A DNA stretch of 22,042 bases. Source: Bacteriovoracaceae bacterium (GTDB lineage Bacteria; Bdellovibrionota; Bacteriovoracia; Bacteriovoracales; Bacteriovoracaceae). The stretch lies in the NCBI GenBank assembly GCA_049599895.1, contig JBMYPC010000047.1, forward strand, positions 1 to 22,042, given 5' to 3'. Made by a program: the position numbers and the translations under genes. Below are positions 8,026 through 16,318 of the stretch, one piece after another. A model generated the notes under the pieces. That model had not been told where the DNA came from and ran no database searches. It saw only the letters and a list, made by a program, of their open reading frames with translations. Numbering within the stretch: the stretch's first letter is position 1; every line of letters starts with the position of its first letter.

Positions 8026-8738
8026 AATTGATTCGAATTGTGCTAAAAATAATGGCAGTTGGTCTTTTGACCAACTGCTACTCTGCCTACTCCTCTGAAA
8101 AAGACCTCTATGACTTTCTCTGGTTGGATCAAGACAAAAGAGTCTATGTCCTTCAAAACAAAGTTTTTAAAAAGAAAAAATCTTTTTTCTTTCAGGCAGG
8201 ATATCTCATTGGACTCTCAAATGAATTCCAAGACACAAAAGGATTTCACTTTGGAGCTGGTTATCACTTTACAGAACAATTAGGTATTGAGGTTATCTAT
8301 AATTCCTATAGTAACTCTGATAACGATGCCACGATTAATCTTCGAGAGATTAACGAAGAGGTTCCCTTCACAAGAAAGTTTAACTCTCTTATGGGAGTCA
8401 TGGTTCGTTGGGATCCCTTCTATGGGAAATTTAATATTTTCAACAACATCATTTACTTTGATTGGACCTTCGCGGCGGGTCTCGGAAAAATTGAAACAGA
8501 GTCAAATGCTAATACAGTTGCAGATCCGAATTCGGCAAACGCTTTTACTTCAGAATCATACTCAGCTGGGCTTGTAAAAACAGCTTTTAAGATTCATGTA
8601 ACCGAGAGATGGTCTGTCGACACCCAACTTTTAAGAACGATCTACAATGCTCCTGGCCCTAAATCAACAACAGGACTTCAAGAAGATAGTTGGCGAGGAA
8701 ATTCTGACTTTATCCTATCTGTGGGGTTTTCGTTTTGA
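8022..8738 (+). CDS. Outer-membrane beta-barrel protein, GltA/GltB-like
   Basis: Signal peptide, 'VYVLQNKVFKKK', 'YHFTEQLGIE' and 'WDPFYGKFNIF...IIYFD' (typical of the myxobacterial/Bdellovibrio OMP family), alternating beta-strands and a terminal aromatic BAM signal 'VGFSF'. Confidence 0.8.
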   Translation: MKLIRIVLKIMAVGLLTNCYSAYSSEKDLYDFLWLDQDKRVYVLQNKVFKKKKSFFFQAGYLIGLSNEFQDTKGFHFGAGYHFTEQLGIEVIYNSYSNSDNDATINLREINEEVPFTRKFNSLMGVMVRWDPFYGKFNIFNNIIYFDWTFAAGLGKIETESNANTVADPNSANAFTSESYSAGLVKTAFKIHVTERWSVDTQLLRTIYNAPGPKSTTGLQEDSWRGNSDFILSVGFSF

Positions 8739-10183
8739 ACAAAAAGACATTCTTAGGATTGCTCCTATTTTCATTCATGCAACACTCAGCTTTTGCTTCA
8801 ATGAAAAAAGCTGAAAGATATTACAACAAGGACCAAAAAAAGTACCTTGAAAAGATCGTTGAAGAACTTATGAAATCAAAGTATTTCTTCTCAGCTTCAT
8901 TGTTTGCAAAAGAAATTCTGATTTCAAGAGACAAGCTTCCAACTTACTTTGAGAGTCGTCTTGAGAAACTCATTCTCAAGACAGGAACTCAGTCTTTTCT
9001 CCCTCTTTCTAATAATGTTCTTGAAAAACATAAATCTCCTTCACTCTCTTTAGTTCTTGGCATTAAATATTTTCAAAAAGCAAGATACCAAGATGCAATT
9101 AGAGTTTTAAATCGAATCCCAGAAAATCACCGGTTTTCGCCTGAAGCCTTTATGATGAAAGCTTCTGCGCATAATCTTCTTAAGCAGCACGAAAAGTCTT
9201 TAAATGTTTATCAGCAATGTATTGAAAGTTCTTCAAACTTTGAAGAAAAAGCAAAGCACAAAAAACTTAAAAGATACTTTGCGATCATTAGAGAGAACTG
9301 CCATATCCATGTGGCGAGGGCCTATTACACCCAAAAAGATTATGAAAAGGCAATGGAACTTTATGAAAAGATTCCTAAAACTAGTTATAGATGGCCTTAT
9401 ATAATACTAGAGAAAGCATGGACTCATTACTATCTCAAAGACTATAACAGAACCCTTGGTTCTCTTGTGACTTATAAGTCCCCCCTACTTAGTAGTTATT
9501 TCTTCCCAGAAGCAGAGATTTTAAATGCTCTCTCATATTACCGCATGTGCCTTTGGAATGATTCTTTGAAAAAGATTGAAGAGTTTTATAAAGTTTATAA
9601 GACGAGAAGTGATGAACTAAAAGGTCTTCTTCTTCAGCACAAGACCTCGCAAACATTTTTTCTTAAGCTTCTTTTTACTCCTCTTGCTCAAACGGAAAAA
9701 GCAAACCCCTTTATTCGTAACCTTGTCACTCAAGTCAAAAAGCAGGTAAAGTTTTCTGTTGATGTTGTGAATTACAAAAAAGCTCAACATGAGCTCAAGT
9801 TTATCAAATCTTTAAAGAAGGGAGCTTTTCAAAGGGAACTCCTCTCAATGATCAAGACGGAAGTTAGCTGGCGAGCAAAACATCTCAATTATTATTTAAA
9901 AAAGAATATGTTCCATTTTCTCAATGAGATTCATCGCTTCTCCTATGAAATGTTTAATATCAAGCTCGAGATTTTCAGTCAGCAGCGAAACCTTGTCTAT
10001 AACAATAAGCGCCTCGTCTCTTATCGAAATCGAGGAAGTGATAAAAATGTAAATCGTCAGGATCACCAACAATTCTATGACTTTCGCGGAGAATTTTGGG
10101 GAGATGAACTTGGAGACTATTCCTTTGGTTTAAAATCCAATTGCAAAACCATTGATAAAAAGAAAAGAAAGGCAAGAAAATGA
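8735..10183 (+). CDS. gltC: Periplasmic TPR protein, GltC-like
   Basis: TTG start overlapping the upstream stop; signal peptide (AFA); TPR helices; 'WPYIILEKAWTHY', 'FFPEAEILNALSYYRMCLW' and C-terminal 'FRGEFWGDELGDYSFGLKSNC' match the GltC signature as I recall it. Confidence 0.75.
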   Translation: MNKKTFLGLLLFSFMQHSAFASMKKAERYYNKDQKKYLEKIVEELMKSKYFFSASLFAKEILISRDKLPTYFESRLEKLILKTGTQSFLPLSNNVLEKHKSPSLSLVLGIKYFQKARYQDAIRVLNRIPENHRFSPEAFMMKASAHNLLKQHEKSLNVYQQCIESSSNFEEKAKHKKLKRYFAIIRENCHIHVARAYYTQKDYEKAMELYEKIPKTSYRWPYIILEKAWTHYYLKDYNRTLGSLVTYKSPLLSSYFFPEAEILNALSYYRMCLWNDSLKKIEEFYKVYKTRSDELKGLLLQHKTSQTFFLKLLFTPLAQTEKANPFIRNLVTQVKKQVKFSVDVVNYKKAQHELKFIKSLKKGAFQRELLSMIKTEVSWRAKHLNYYLKKNMFHFLNEIHRFSYEMFNIKLEIFSQQRNLVYNNKRLVSYRNRGSDKNVNRQDHQQFYDFRGEFWGDELGDYSFGLKSNCKTIDKKKRKARK

Positions 10184-10443
10184 AAATTCTCTTTTTAAGT
10201 CTCACATTTTTAATTTCTCTAAATAGCTACTCACAAAACAGCACCGAGGAGAATAAAAATGTTGTTGTTCAATATAAAAAGTATGAAAGCTTTGACCTTG
10301 GTGAACTCGAGGTTAAAGGTCGAATCATTGCACCAGGAGATCTGAGTGTAAAAGAGAGAAGCCGCAAGGTTTTTAAGAGAGATCTCTATGAGAGATACAA
10401 TTTTGATCAAGAAATCAAGGAGGACATCAAAAACTTGAGATAA
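10180..10443 (+). CDS. gltF: Small secreted protein, GltF/CglF-like
   Basis: 87 aa with signal peptide. 'YKKYESFDLGELEVKGRIIAPG...R.NFDQEIKEDI' parallels the CglF pattern (Y-K-x-T-x-I-D-F...I-E-G-x-L-x-x-P-x-G...R-x-x-F). ATGA overlap with gltC. Confidence 0.65.
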   Translation: MKILFLSLTFLISLNSYSQNSTEENKNVVVQYKKYESFDLGELEVKGRIIAPGDLSVKERSRKVFKRDLYERYNFDQEIKEDIKNLR

Positions 10444-10460
10444 AGACTAAACTTTAGTCT
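10444..10460. repeat. Perfect inverted repeat AGACTAAA-C-TTTAGTCT
   Basis: 8-bp arms with a 1-nt spacer, immediately after the gltF-like stop. Confidence 0.7.
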
Positions 10461-10563
10461 CGCCCAAAATTCATCGCGCTGCTCACATCTGCACGTTACC
10501 ACCCTATCCCAGCAAACCTAGCTCAAGTAATTGAAAAAACTAGGCAATTTTTTCCATTATTTT

Positions 10564-10590
10564 TAAGTCGGTTTTAAAAAAAACCGATAA
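10564..10590 (+). promoter_or_regulatory. sigma-28 (FliA)-type promoter upstream of the motor genes
   Basis: TAAG (10564-10567), 15-nt spacer, ACCGATAA (10583-10590), versus consensus TAAA-N15-GCCGATAA. Lies 78 nt upstream of ATG 10669, whose RBS AAGGAG is at 10657-10662. Confidence 0.6.
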
Positions 10591-10668
10591 AGAAGCTAGA
10601 TTTATAAGATTTTTTGATTCTCAAATCATTTAAATTAGGTTGATTTGAACTTAGATAAGGAGTGAATA

Positions 10669-11382
10669 ATGGAAACAGAACTGGCAACTCAGGCTGCTAC
10701 AGCAGCTGCTGCAGATCCAAGTTTTTTAGAAAGCTTAGCGCTTTTTATGCACGAAGGTGGATCATTTATGTGGATTATTCTTTTGGTTTGGGCCATTGGA
10801 ATAGCGATCTCACTAGAAAAAATCAAAAGCCTTCTCAGCTATGATGTTGATGGAAACAGTCTGATGAATCTTGTCAAAAAGCATGTTCTTCTTAACGACG
10901 TTGCTGAAGCGATTAAAGCCTGTTCAAACACAAATGCTCTTCTTCCTCTTGTTCTAAGATCGGGACTTAAGCGTGCAAATCAATCTAAGGAACAAATCCA
11001 AGATGCTGTAGAGGCCTCAATGCTAGAAGTCGTTCCTAAAGTTGAAAAAAGAATGAACTACCTAGGACTCCTAGCGAATATCTCAACTCTTTGTGGTCTT
11101 TTAGGAACGATCTATGGTCTTATCCAATCATTTGCCGCTGTGGCAACTGCCGACCCTGCTTCAAAAGCAAAACTCCTCGCTCTTGGTATTTCAAAGGCCA
11201 TGAACACAACTGCTGCAGGACTTATTGCAGCGATTAGCCTTATGATTATTCACTCAATCCTCACCAGCAAAGGTGAGAAAATTCTCAATGAAATTGAAGA
11301 GTACTCAGTTAAGCTTATCGATCTTCTTGGAACGAAGAAAAACTATAAGACTGATCAAGATGAGACTCAGGCCGCTTCTTAA
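10669..11382 (+). CDS. aglR: MotA/TolQ/ExbB proton-channel protein, AglR-like
   Basis: 'EGGSFMWIIL', 'LGLLANISTLCGLLGTIYGLIQSF', 'LALGISKAMNTTAAGL'; three TM segments. The aglR name rests on the glt context. Confidence 0.9.
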   Translation: METELATQAATAAAADPSFLESLALFMHEGGSFMWIILLVWAIGIAISLEKIKSLLSYDVDGNSLMNLVKKHVLLNDVAEAIKACSNTNALLPLVLRSGLKRANQSKEQIQDAVEASMLEVVPKVEKRMNYLGLLANISTLCGLLGTIYGLIQSFAAVATADPASKAKLLALGISKAMNTTAAGLIAAISLMIIHSILTSKGEKILNEIEEYSVKLIDLLGTKKNYKTDQDETQAAS

Positions 11383-11426
11383 ATGAATCTTTAAGATTGC
11401 CTTAATACTCAATTAAAGAGGTCGCC

Positions 11427-11948
11427 ATGAGAATGAAAAGAAGTATGAAGAAGATTGAGAAACTTAACCTCATCCCTATTCTGGATGCGGTTTTCATCTT
11501 TATCTTCTTTCTTTTAATGTCAGCACAATTTCTTGAAGTCTATGAAATTGGAAGTGATGCACCAGCTGTCAAGATGGTGGAAAAGGACAATAAGGATAAA
11601 AAAGATCCTCTTAATCTGACTCTTGAAATTAGCAAAAAAGAAATTAAGGTTCTCACGGGGTTAAACTCAAGAACCGTCGCTTCAGTTGCTTTTTCAAAAG
11701 ATGCGAATTCTTATGACCTTGATAAGCTCAAAAAGGTCTTAGTCGATATCAAAGTAAAAAACAGCGAAGAAGAGTCTATTATCCTTAGGCCAAAGGCCAA
11801 TGTTCCTTATAAATCAATCGTTAAGATTATGGACACTGCAAGAAAGCTTGAACGTAGTGAAACAGAGCTTGTCATTGAAAACAAAAATGGAACAAAAGTA
11901 AAAACAAGAAAGCTTTTTGAGCAAATTGTTTTTGAAACATTGATCTAA
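11427..11948 (+). CDS. aglQ: ExbD/TolR family protein, AglQ-like
   Basis: TM 'LNLIPILDAVFIFIFFLLMS' with conserved Asp; 'IILRPKANVPYKSIVKIMD'; RBS GAGG. The aglQ name is positional. Confidence 0.85.
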   Translation: MRMKRSMKKIEKLNLIPILDAVFIFIFFLLMSAQFLEVYEIGSDAPAVKMVEKDNKDKKDPLNLTLEISKKEIKVLTGLNSRTVASVAFSKDANSYDLDKLKKVLVDIKVKNSEEESIILRPKANVPYKSIVKIMDTARKLERSETELVIENKNGTKVKTRKLFEQIVFETLI

Positions 11949-11968
11949 TAAATCAATAAGGACACCCA

Positions 11969-12490
11969 ATGAAAAAGCGATTTGGAAGAATGCGAAAGAA
12001 ACCTGAAAACTTTGAGATTGATATCACATCACTCCTTGATATCCTTGTCATCCTTTTGGTGTTTCTTTTAAAAAGTTATAACCCAAGTGATCTGACTGTC
12101 GACCTTGTTGACTCTCTAGAACTTCCTGATAGTCGTTCCGAAGATCTCGGTTCAAGTAATGTCATGATTCAAGTGAATAAGAACAAAGAAGTTTTCATTA
12201 ATAATAATCGCATTGGTTCACTTAATGGACAAAGAGGTGAACAAGTTTCATTTCTCTATGAAAAACTTGTTGAGTTAAAAAAGCAAGAAGATGCAAAGCT
12301 TGATAATGTTATTGATAGAGATCCTTCATCTTTGACTTCCGTTGAAGCCCTCAAAAGAAAAAATGCCAAAAAAGTTAATATCGTTCTAGACCAAGGTCTT
12401 TCTTATCAGATCATGAGAAAGATCATGCACACATCAACGATGGCAGGTTTTCCAGAATTTAAGTTTATCGTTAAGGGGAGTCATCAATAA
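11969..12490 (+). CDS. aglS: ExbD/TolR family protein, AglS-like
   Basis: TM 'IDITSLLDILVILLVFLLKSY' with conserved Asp, 'LELPDS', 'VNIVLDQGLSYQIMRKIMHTSTMAGF'; RBS AAGGA. Confidence 0.85.
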   Translation: MKKRFGRMRKKPENFEIDITSLLDILVILLVFLLKSYNPSDLTVDLVDSLELPDSRSEDLGSSNVMIQVNKNKEVFINNNRIGSLNGQRGEQVSFLYEKLVELKKQEDAKLDNVIDRDPSSLTSVEALKRKNAKKVNIVLDQGLSYQIMRKIMHTSTMAGFPEFKFIVKGSHQ

Positions 12491-15420
12491 TGAAGTTTCT
12501 CTTTAAGATCCTTCATATTCTCGTTCTATTCCCCTTAGTTGCTCATTCGTTAACTAAGACAGCAGAGTCTTCATCTGCACAGACGAAGATGTCTAAAAAA
12601 TGGCATCAGCTTCATAAACTTATTGATAAAGAGATCAGAACGATTAATCACCTTAAACGAAAAGGTCCTAGGTTAGAATACAGATTATTAGAGCTTCATA
12701 CTGAAAAAATCAACCTTCTTAAAGAAAAAGAAAATGCTCAATTTCTTAACAGTGATGGGAAGAGAGCGAAATCTTCTTTCTTTAAGAAATCCATTGCTCA
12801 CACGAAAAAAACGGAACAATTTGGTCTCAATCTTATTAGACGTTACCCTAATTTTATAAAAAATGCTCAAATCTATTACACACTTGCTCTGAACTCTCGA
12901 GATTTTGGGCATAAAAAGAAAGTTAAAACTTATCTTTTAAAAGCTCTCAAACTTGCACCTTCAGGAGATCCAATTGTTTATGACATTAAACTTGCGATAG
13001 CTGAACAGTTCTACAATGATAAGAAATATCGACCTGCAGTGAATTATTATAGAGATGTTCTTCGTAATAAAGACGACAATTGGCTAAGTAAACATCATTT
13101 TAACGTGGCCTGGTGTTATCTTAAACTTGTTAATTATCAAAAAGCATTGGATCATCTCAAAACCGCTCATAATCTGAGTAAAAAGCCTGGAATGGCCGAT
13201 GTTCGAGAGCAAGTCTTTAACTCTGCTCCAATTTTTTATCTTTATGCTGGTAAAGTTCAAGCGGGTGTTAAGTTCTTACTCAAAAATGCTAAACAGCCTG
13301 GAAAGTACCTTTCAAAACTTGCAAGTCTTACTGCTGAAAGAGGTGCATTAAAAGACTCTGAATATGTATTAAGAAAAGCTTTCAAAAAAGCTCTCAGTGA
13401 TAAGAACGCTGATGATCTCTACACCATCACACTTAAAATGTTTGAAATTTTTCGAAGCTATAAGCAAAACAAAAAACATTTTAAAACGGCAAAGCTTGTT
13501 CGTTCATTAAGAAGAAAAATTCCAATGCCCAAACATCTTGTTGCTCCAACGATGGATCAGCTCAAGGGTCAAGTTGGCTACCTTCAAATTCGTCTTAAGG
13601 CGCATCCCAATAGAAAAAAGCAGTTTCTCTACCCTATTATCGCTTATTTTGACCTTATGATTGATATTACTCCAAAAGAAACTGATCAGTACCGCTATCT
13701 CCAAGGTGAGACCTATTATCTTGCAAGTGAGAAAAAACCCGCTCTTGAGTCGTACCTTAAGGCCATGGCCTTCACTCAAAAGACAAGCGGCAATATCAAG
13801 CTGAAGCAAAAAATTATTGATGCCCTTTTTTACTCACTTGAAGACATTAAATTTGATGATACAAACTACAGGCAAAATCTCTATACAAAAGCTTATAATT
13901 TTTATCTCAACTATTGGCCTAAGAATAAGAAATCAGAAGTTATCTATCAAAAGCTTTTTAAAATTTACATCCTGCAAGGAAAAGATGCTCTCGCATATAA
14001 AACCTTTCAAAGGTATCAAAAGTCATATCCAGCAAACTTTGAAAAACAAAGGGCCCTCATGGCGATGCTTATTGATCGTTATGTCAAAACAAAAAACATT
14101 GAGAGACTTTCTCATTGGATGATTCAGTTAGATTCAGGTTACCTTAAGTTTGAAAGGTCATATATCGAAAAAGGATTAATCCTCTTAGGACAAATTCTCT
14201 TTGAACAGTATGAAAACCAAAGAAAGAAAAAAGAGTATGATAATGCTGTTGAAGGCTACCAAGCTCTTTACGAAAACGAGACCTATCCAAGAAAGATTAA
14301 GGCCAATGCCGCTTTTCGTATTGCGCTCATTGAACTTGAAAGATCTCATACCCAAGACTCATTCAAATGGATAAAAAACTATCTTTCTCTTTCTGATTTT
14401 AAAGAAGTCCAACTTGCCAAGGAGAATCTCTTTCGAATCACTGAAAACATTCTTCTTCTCCAGGACTTTAAAACAGCATCTGCGATGAGTTTGGTCATGG
14501 GGCAGAAGTTTTGTAAAAAACCTTCAAAAACCTTAGATCAATTCGTAAAGTTTGCAATTACTCTTCCCGTTTATGAAAAGGACTTTAAGAAAACGATTTT
14601 ACATTATAGAAAGCTTTCTCAATGTGCTCAAAAGAAATTGGTCAACAGAGAGTCTCTTGAAACTTTGATTGATTTTTCTACGGATCAACGAGAATATGGT
14701 TATTTTCTTGAACTTCATCGATCATTTAAAAATCAACCTCAACTTATTAATAAATTCTCGACAGCAATGCTTGAGCTCTACTGGGACGCAACGCTTAACA
14801 ACAAACATAAACTTTCTCACTTTGCAATGTCTGAATTAAAGTCATATGCTTCAAAGAAGAAAGCTATTGTTTCTAATCAACTGACTCACATTCTTCATTT
14901 TGAAAGATTTCAAGGTTATGTTGATGGCAATAAGTTTTTATTCCAAAGCCAGAACAAGTTCAAAGAAGATGTCTTTAACAGCGATCTTGTTTTAAACCTT
15001 AAAAAGATTGAACAAATTGACTCTGAGGCGAATCGACTTCTCAACTACAAGCATCCCGTTATTTCTTTATTCGTCTTTTCAAAACTTAAAATCAAGTATG
15101 AAGAACTCTCCAATGAACTTAAAAAAGTTTCTGTAAAAAACATGCCAAAAGAATTTATCAAGAGTTTTAATCAGCAGATACAAAACATTACCTCTTCGCT
15201 TGATCAGAAGGCCCGTGAATATCAAAAGTTCTCAAATCAAGCCAGTGTAAAAGAAGGTATTTTTAATCAATACGGAATAGAGCTTACCAATTTAAATGAA
15301 CTTTCTAAAAACTACCACTTTGAGTACCCCGCTTCTGAATTTCTTTTCCCTGTGAATCGATTTCAAATCCAGGAGCAAACAGAACGTTCTCCAAGTGAAA
15401 CAAGTGAGAAAAGAGATTAA
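12490..15420 (+). CDS. Large periplasmic TPR protein, GltD/AgmU-like
   Basis: 976 aa with signal peptide (AHS) and many TPR-like helices ('LAIAEQFYNDKKYRPAVNYYRDVL', 'HFNVAWCYLKLVNYQKAL', 'YLQGETYY'). TAATG overlap with the upstream gene. Size and position fit GltD. Confidence 0.75.
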   Translation: MKFLFKILHILVLFPLVAHSLTKTAESSSAQTKMSKKWHQLHKLIDKEIRTINHLKRKGPRLEYRLLELHTEKINLLKEKENAQFLNSDGKRAKSSFFKKSIAHTKKTEQFGLNLIRRYPNFIKNAQIYYTLALNSRDFGHKKKVKTYLLKALKLAPSGDPIVYDIKLAIAEQFYNDKKYRPAVNYYRDVLRNKDDNWLSKHHFNVAWCYLKLVNYQKALDHLKTAHNLSKKPGMADVREQVFNSAPIFYLYAGKVQAGVKFLLKNAKQPGKYLSKLASLTAERGALKDSEYVLRKAFKKALSDKNADDLYTITLKMFEIFRSYKQNKKHFKTAKLVRSLRRKIPMPKHLVAPTMDQLKGQVGYLQIRLKAHPNRKKQFLYPIIAYFDLMIDITPKETDQYRYLQGETYYLASEKKPALESYLKAMAFTQKTSGNIKLKQKIIDALFYSLEDIKFDDTNYRQNLYTKAYNFYLNYWPKNKKSEVIYQKLFKIYILQGKDALAYKTFQRYQKSYPANFEKQRALMAMLIDRYVKTKNIERLSHWMIQLDSGYLKFERSYIEKGLILLGQILFEQYENQRKKKEYDNAVEGYQALYENETYPRKIKANAAFRIALIELERSHTQDSFKWIKNYLSLSDFKEVQLAKENLFRITENILLLQDFKTASAMSLVMGQKFCKKPSKTLDQFVKFAITLPVYEKDFKKTILHYRKLSQCAQKKLVNRESLETLIDFSTDQREYGYFLELHRSFKNQPQLINKFSTAMLELYWDATLNNKHKLSHFAMSELKSYASKKKAIVSNQLTHILHFERFQGYVDGNKFLFQSQNKFKEDVFNSDLVLNLKKIEQIDSEANRLLNYKHPVISLFVFSKLKIKYEELSNELKKVSVKNMPKEFIKSFNQQIQNITSSLDQKAREYQKFSNQASVKEGIFNQYGIELTNLNELSKNYHFEYPASEFLFPVNRFQIQEQTERSPSETSEKRD

Positions 15421-15421
15421 G

Positions 15422-16291
15422 ATGATGGAACTGAGATTTAATAAAGCACATTCATTAATCCTTTTTATGGCATTTCTCAGTATGAGCTGTTCTCTTAACA
15501 GGCTTTCGACAACAGGCAGCCAATCTTCAGAGCTTCTCAAAAACGAAACTCTCTTAAGATACAATTCCGACGAGATTCAACAAATTGCCGAAAATGACAA
15601 TCCTCTCACTTCGGCGCTTGCAGAATGTCATCGAGGAAATGCAAAAAATGCACTCAATAAGCTTAAAAATGAGCTTGAAGAAAATCGTGAAAATTTTGAG
15701 TACTGGAATAAAGTTGGTACTTGCTACTACTTATCTAAAAATGACTCTAAGGCGACTTTTTTCTTTGAACACGCTTTAAATATTTCAAAGAAGACCAAGA
15801 AGAAAAACCCTTACTCTTATAATAACCTTGGAATACTCTATTTAAAGAAGAGACATTTTGCAAAAGCTAAAACAGCTTTTGAACTAGCACTAAAGACTTC
15901 CCCAAACCTTTTAACTCCTAAATACAACCTCTCACAGCTCTATCTTCAGTTTGGCCAAATAGCGCCGGCTAAAAAGATTCTGCTTGATCTTTATGGTGAA
16001 GATTCAAAAGATATTGACCTCATCTCTTCTCTTGGTGTTTTGGCCATAATTGAAAAAGAGTATGACCTTGCTATCAAATATTTCAATATGATTCCTGAAG
16101 ATGATCAAAAGAGAGCTGACATTGCGGCACACTTCTCTTTAAGCCTTTATCTCAAGGGAAATTATTATGAGGCCAGAGAAGCCTTAAAAAAACAAAAAGT
16201 AACGACTCTTAAGCCATTTTACAAACTCAACCGTAAGCTTTCGAGCCTCATTACTGAAGCAATAAAAAAAGAAGAACAAAAGAATAAATAG
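15422..16291 (+). CDS. TPR lipoprotein, GltE/AglT-like
   Basis: The likely start is ATG 15422 or 15425 rather than GTG 15395, giving signal peptide II '...LILFMAFLSMS-C'. TPR motifs 'YWNKVGTCYY', 'YNNLGILYLK', 'YNLSQLYLQFG'. Confidence 0.75.
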   Translation: MMELRFNKAHSLILFMAFLSMSCSLNRLSTTGSQSSELLKNETLLRYNSDEIQQIAENDNPLTSALAECHRGNAKNALNKLKNELEENRENFEYWNKVGTCYYLSKNDSKATFFFEHALNISKKTKKKNPYSYNNLGILYLKKRHFAKAKTAFELALKTSPNLLTPKYNLSQLYLQFGQIAPAKKILLDLYGEDSKDIDLISSLGVLAIIEKEYDLAIKYFNMIPEDDQKRADIAAHFSLSLYLKGNYYEAREALKKQKVTTLKPFYKLNRKLSSLITEAIKKEEQKNK

Positions 16292-16318
16292 AGATAATAA
16301 AAAACCGAGGGTAACCCC

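Noticed and set aside
10524..10536. IHF-like site CAAGTAATTGAAA
   Set aside because: One mismatch to a degenerate AT-rich consensus and no sigma-54 promoter nearby, so it is not distinguishable from chance.
10662..10844. 60-aa alternative-frame ORF over the aglR-like start
   Set aside because: Its GTG overlaps the RBS that serves ATG 10669, and it has no recognisable features.
10669..12490. Ordinary TonB-ExbBD uptake or Tol-Pal system
   Set aside because: No TonB-dependent receptor, TolA, TolB or Pal. Two ExbD paralogues with Glt-like neighbours fit Agl-Glt better.
15395..15421. GTG start at 15395 for the TPR lipoprotein
   Set aside because: It overlaps the upstream CDS by 26 nt and over-extends the signal peptide. 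ATG 15422/15425 fits better.
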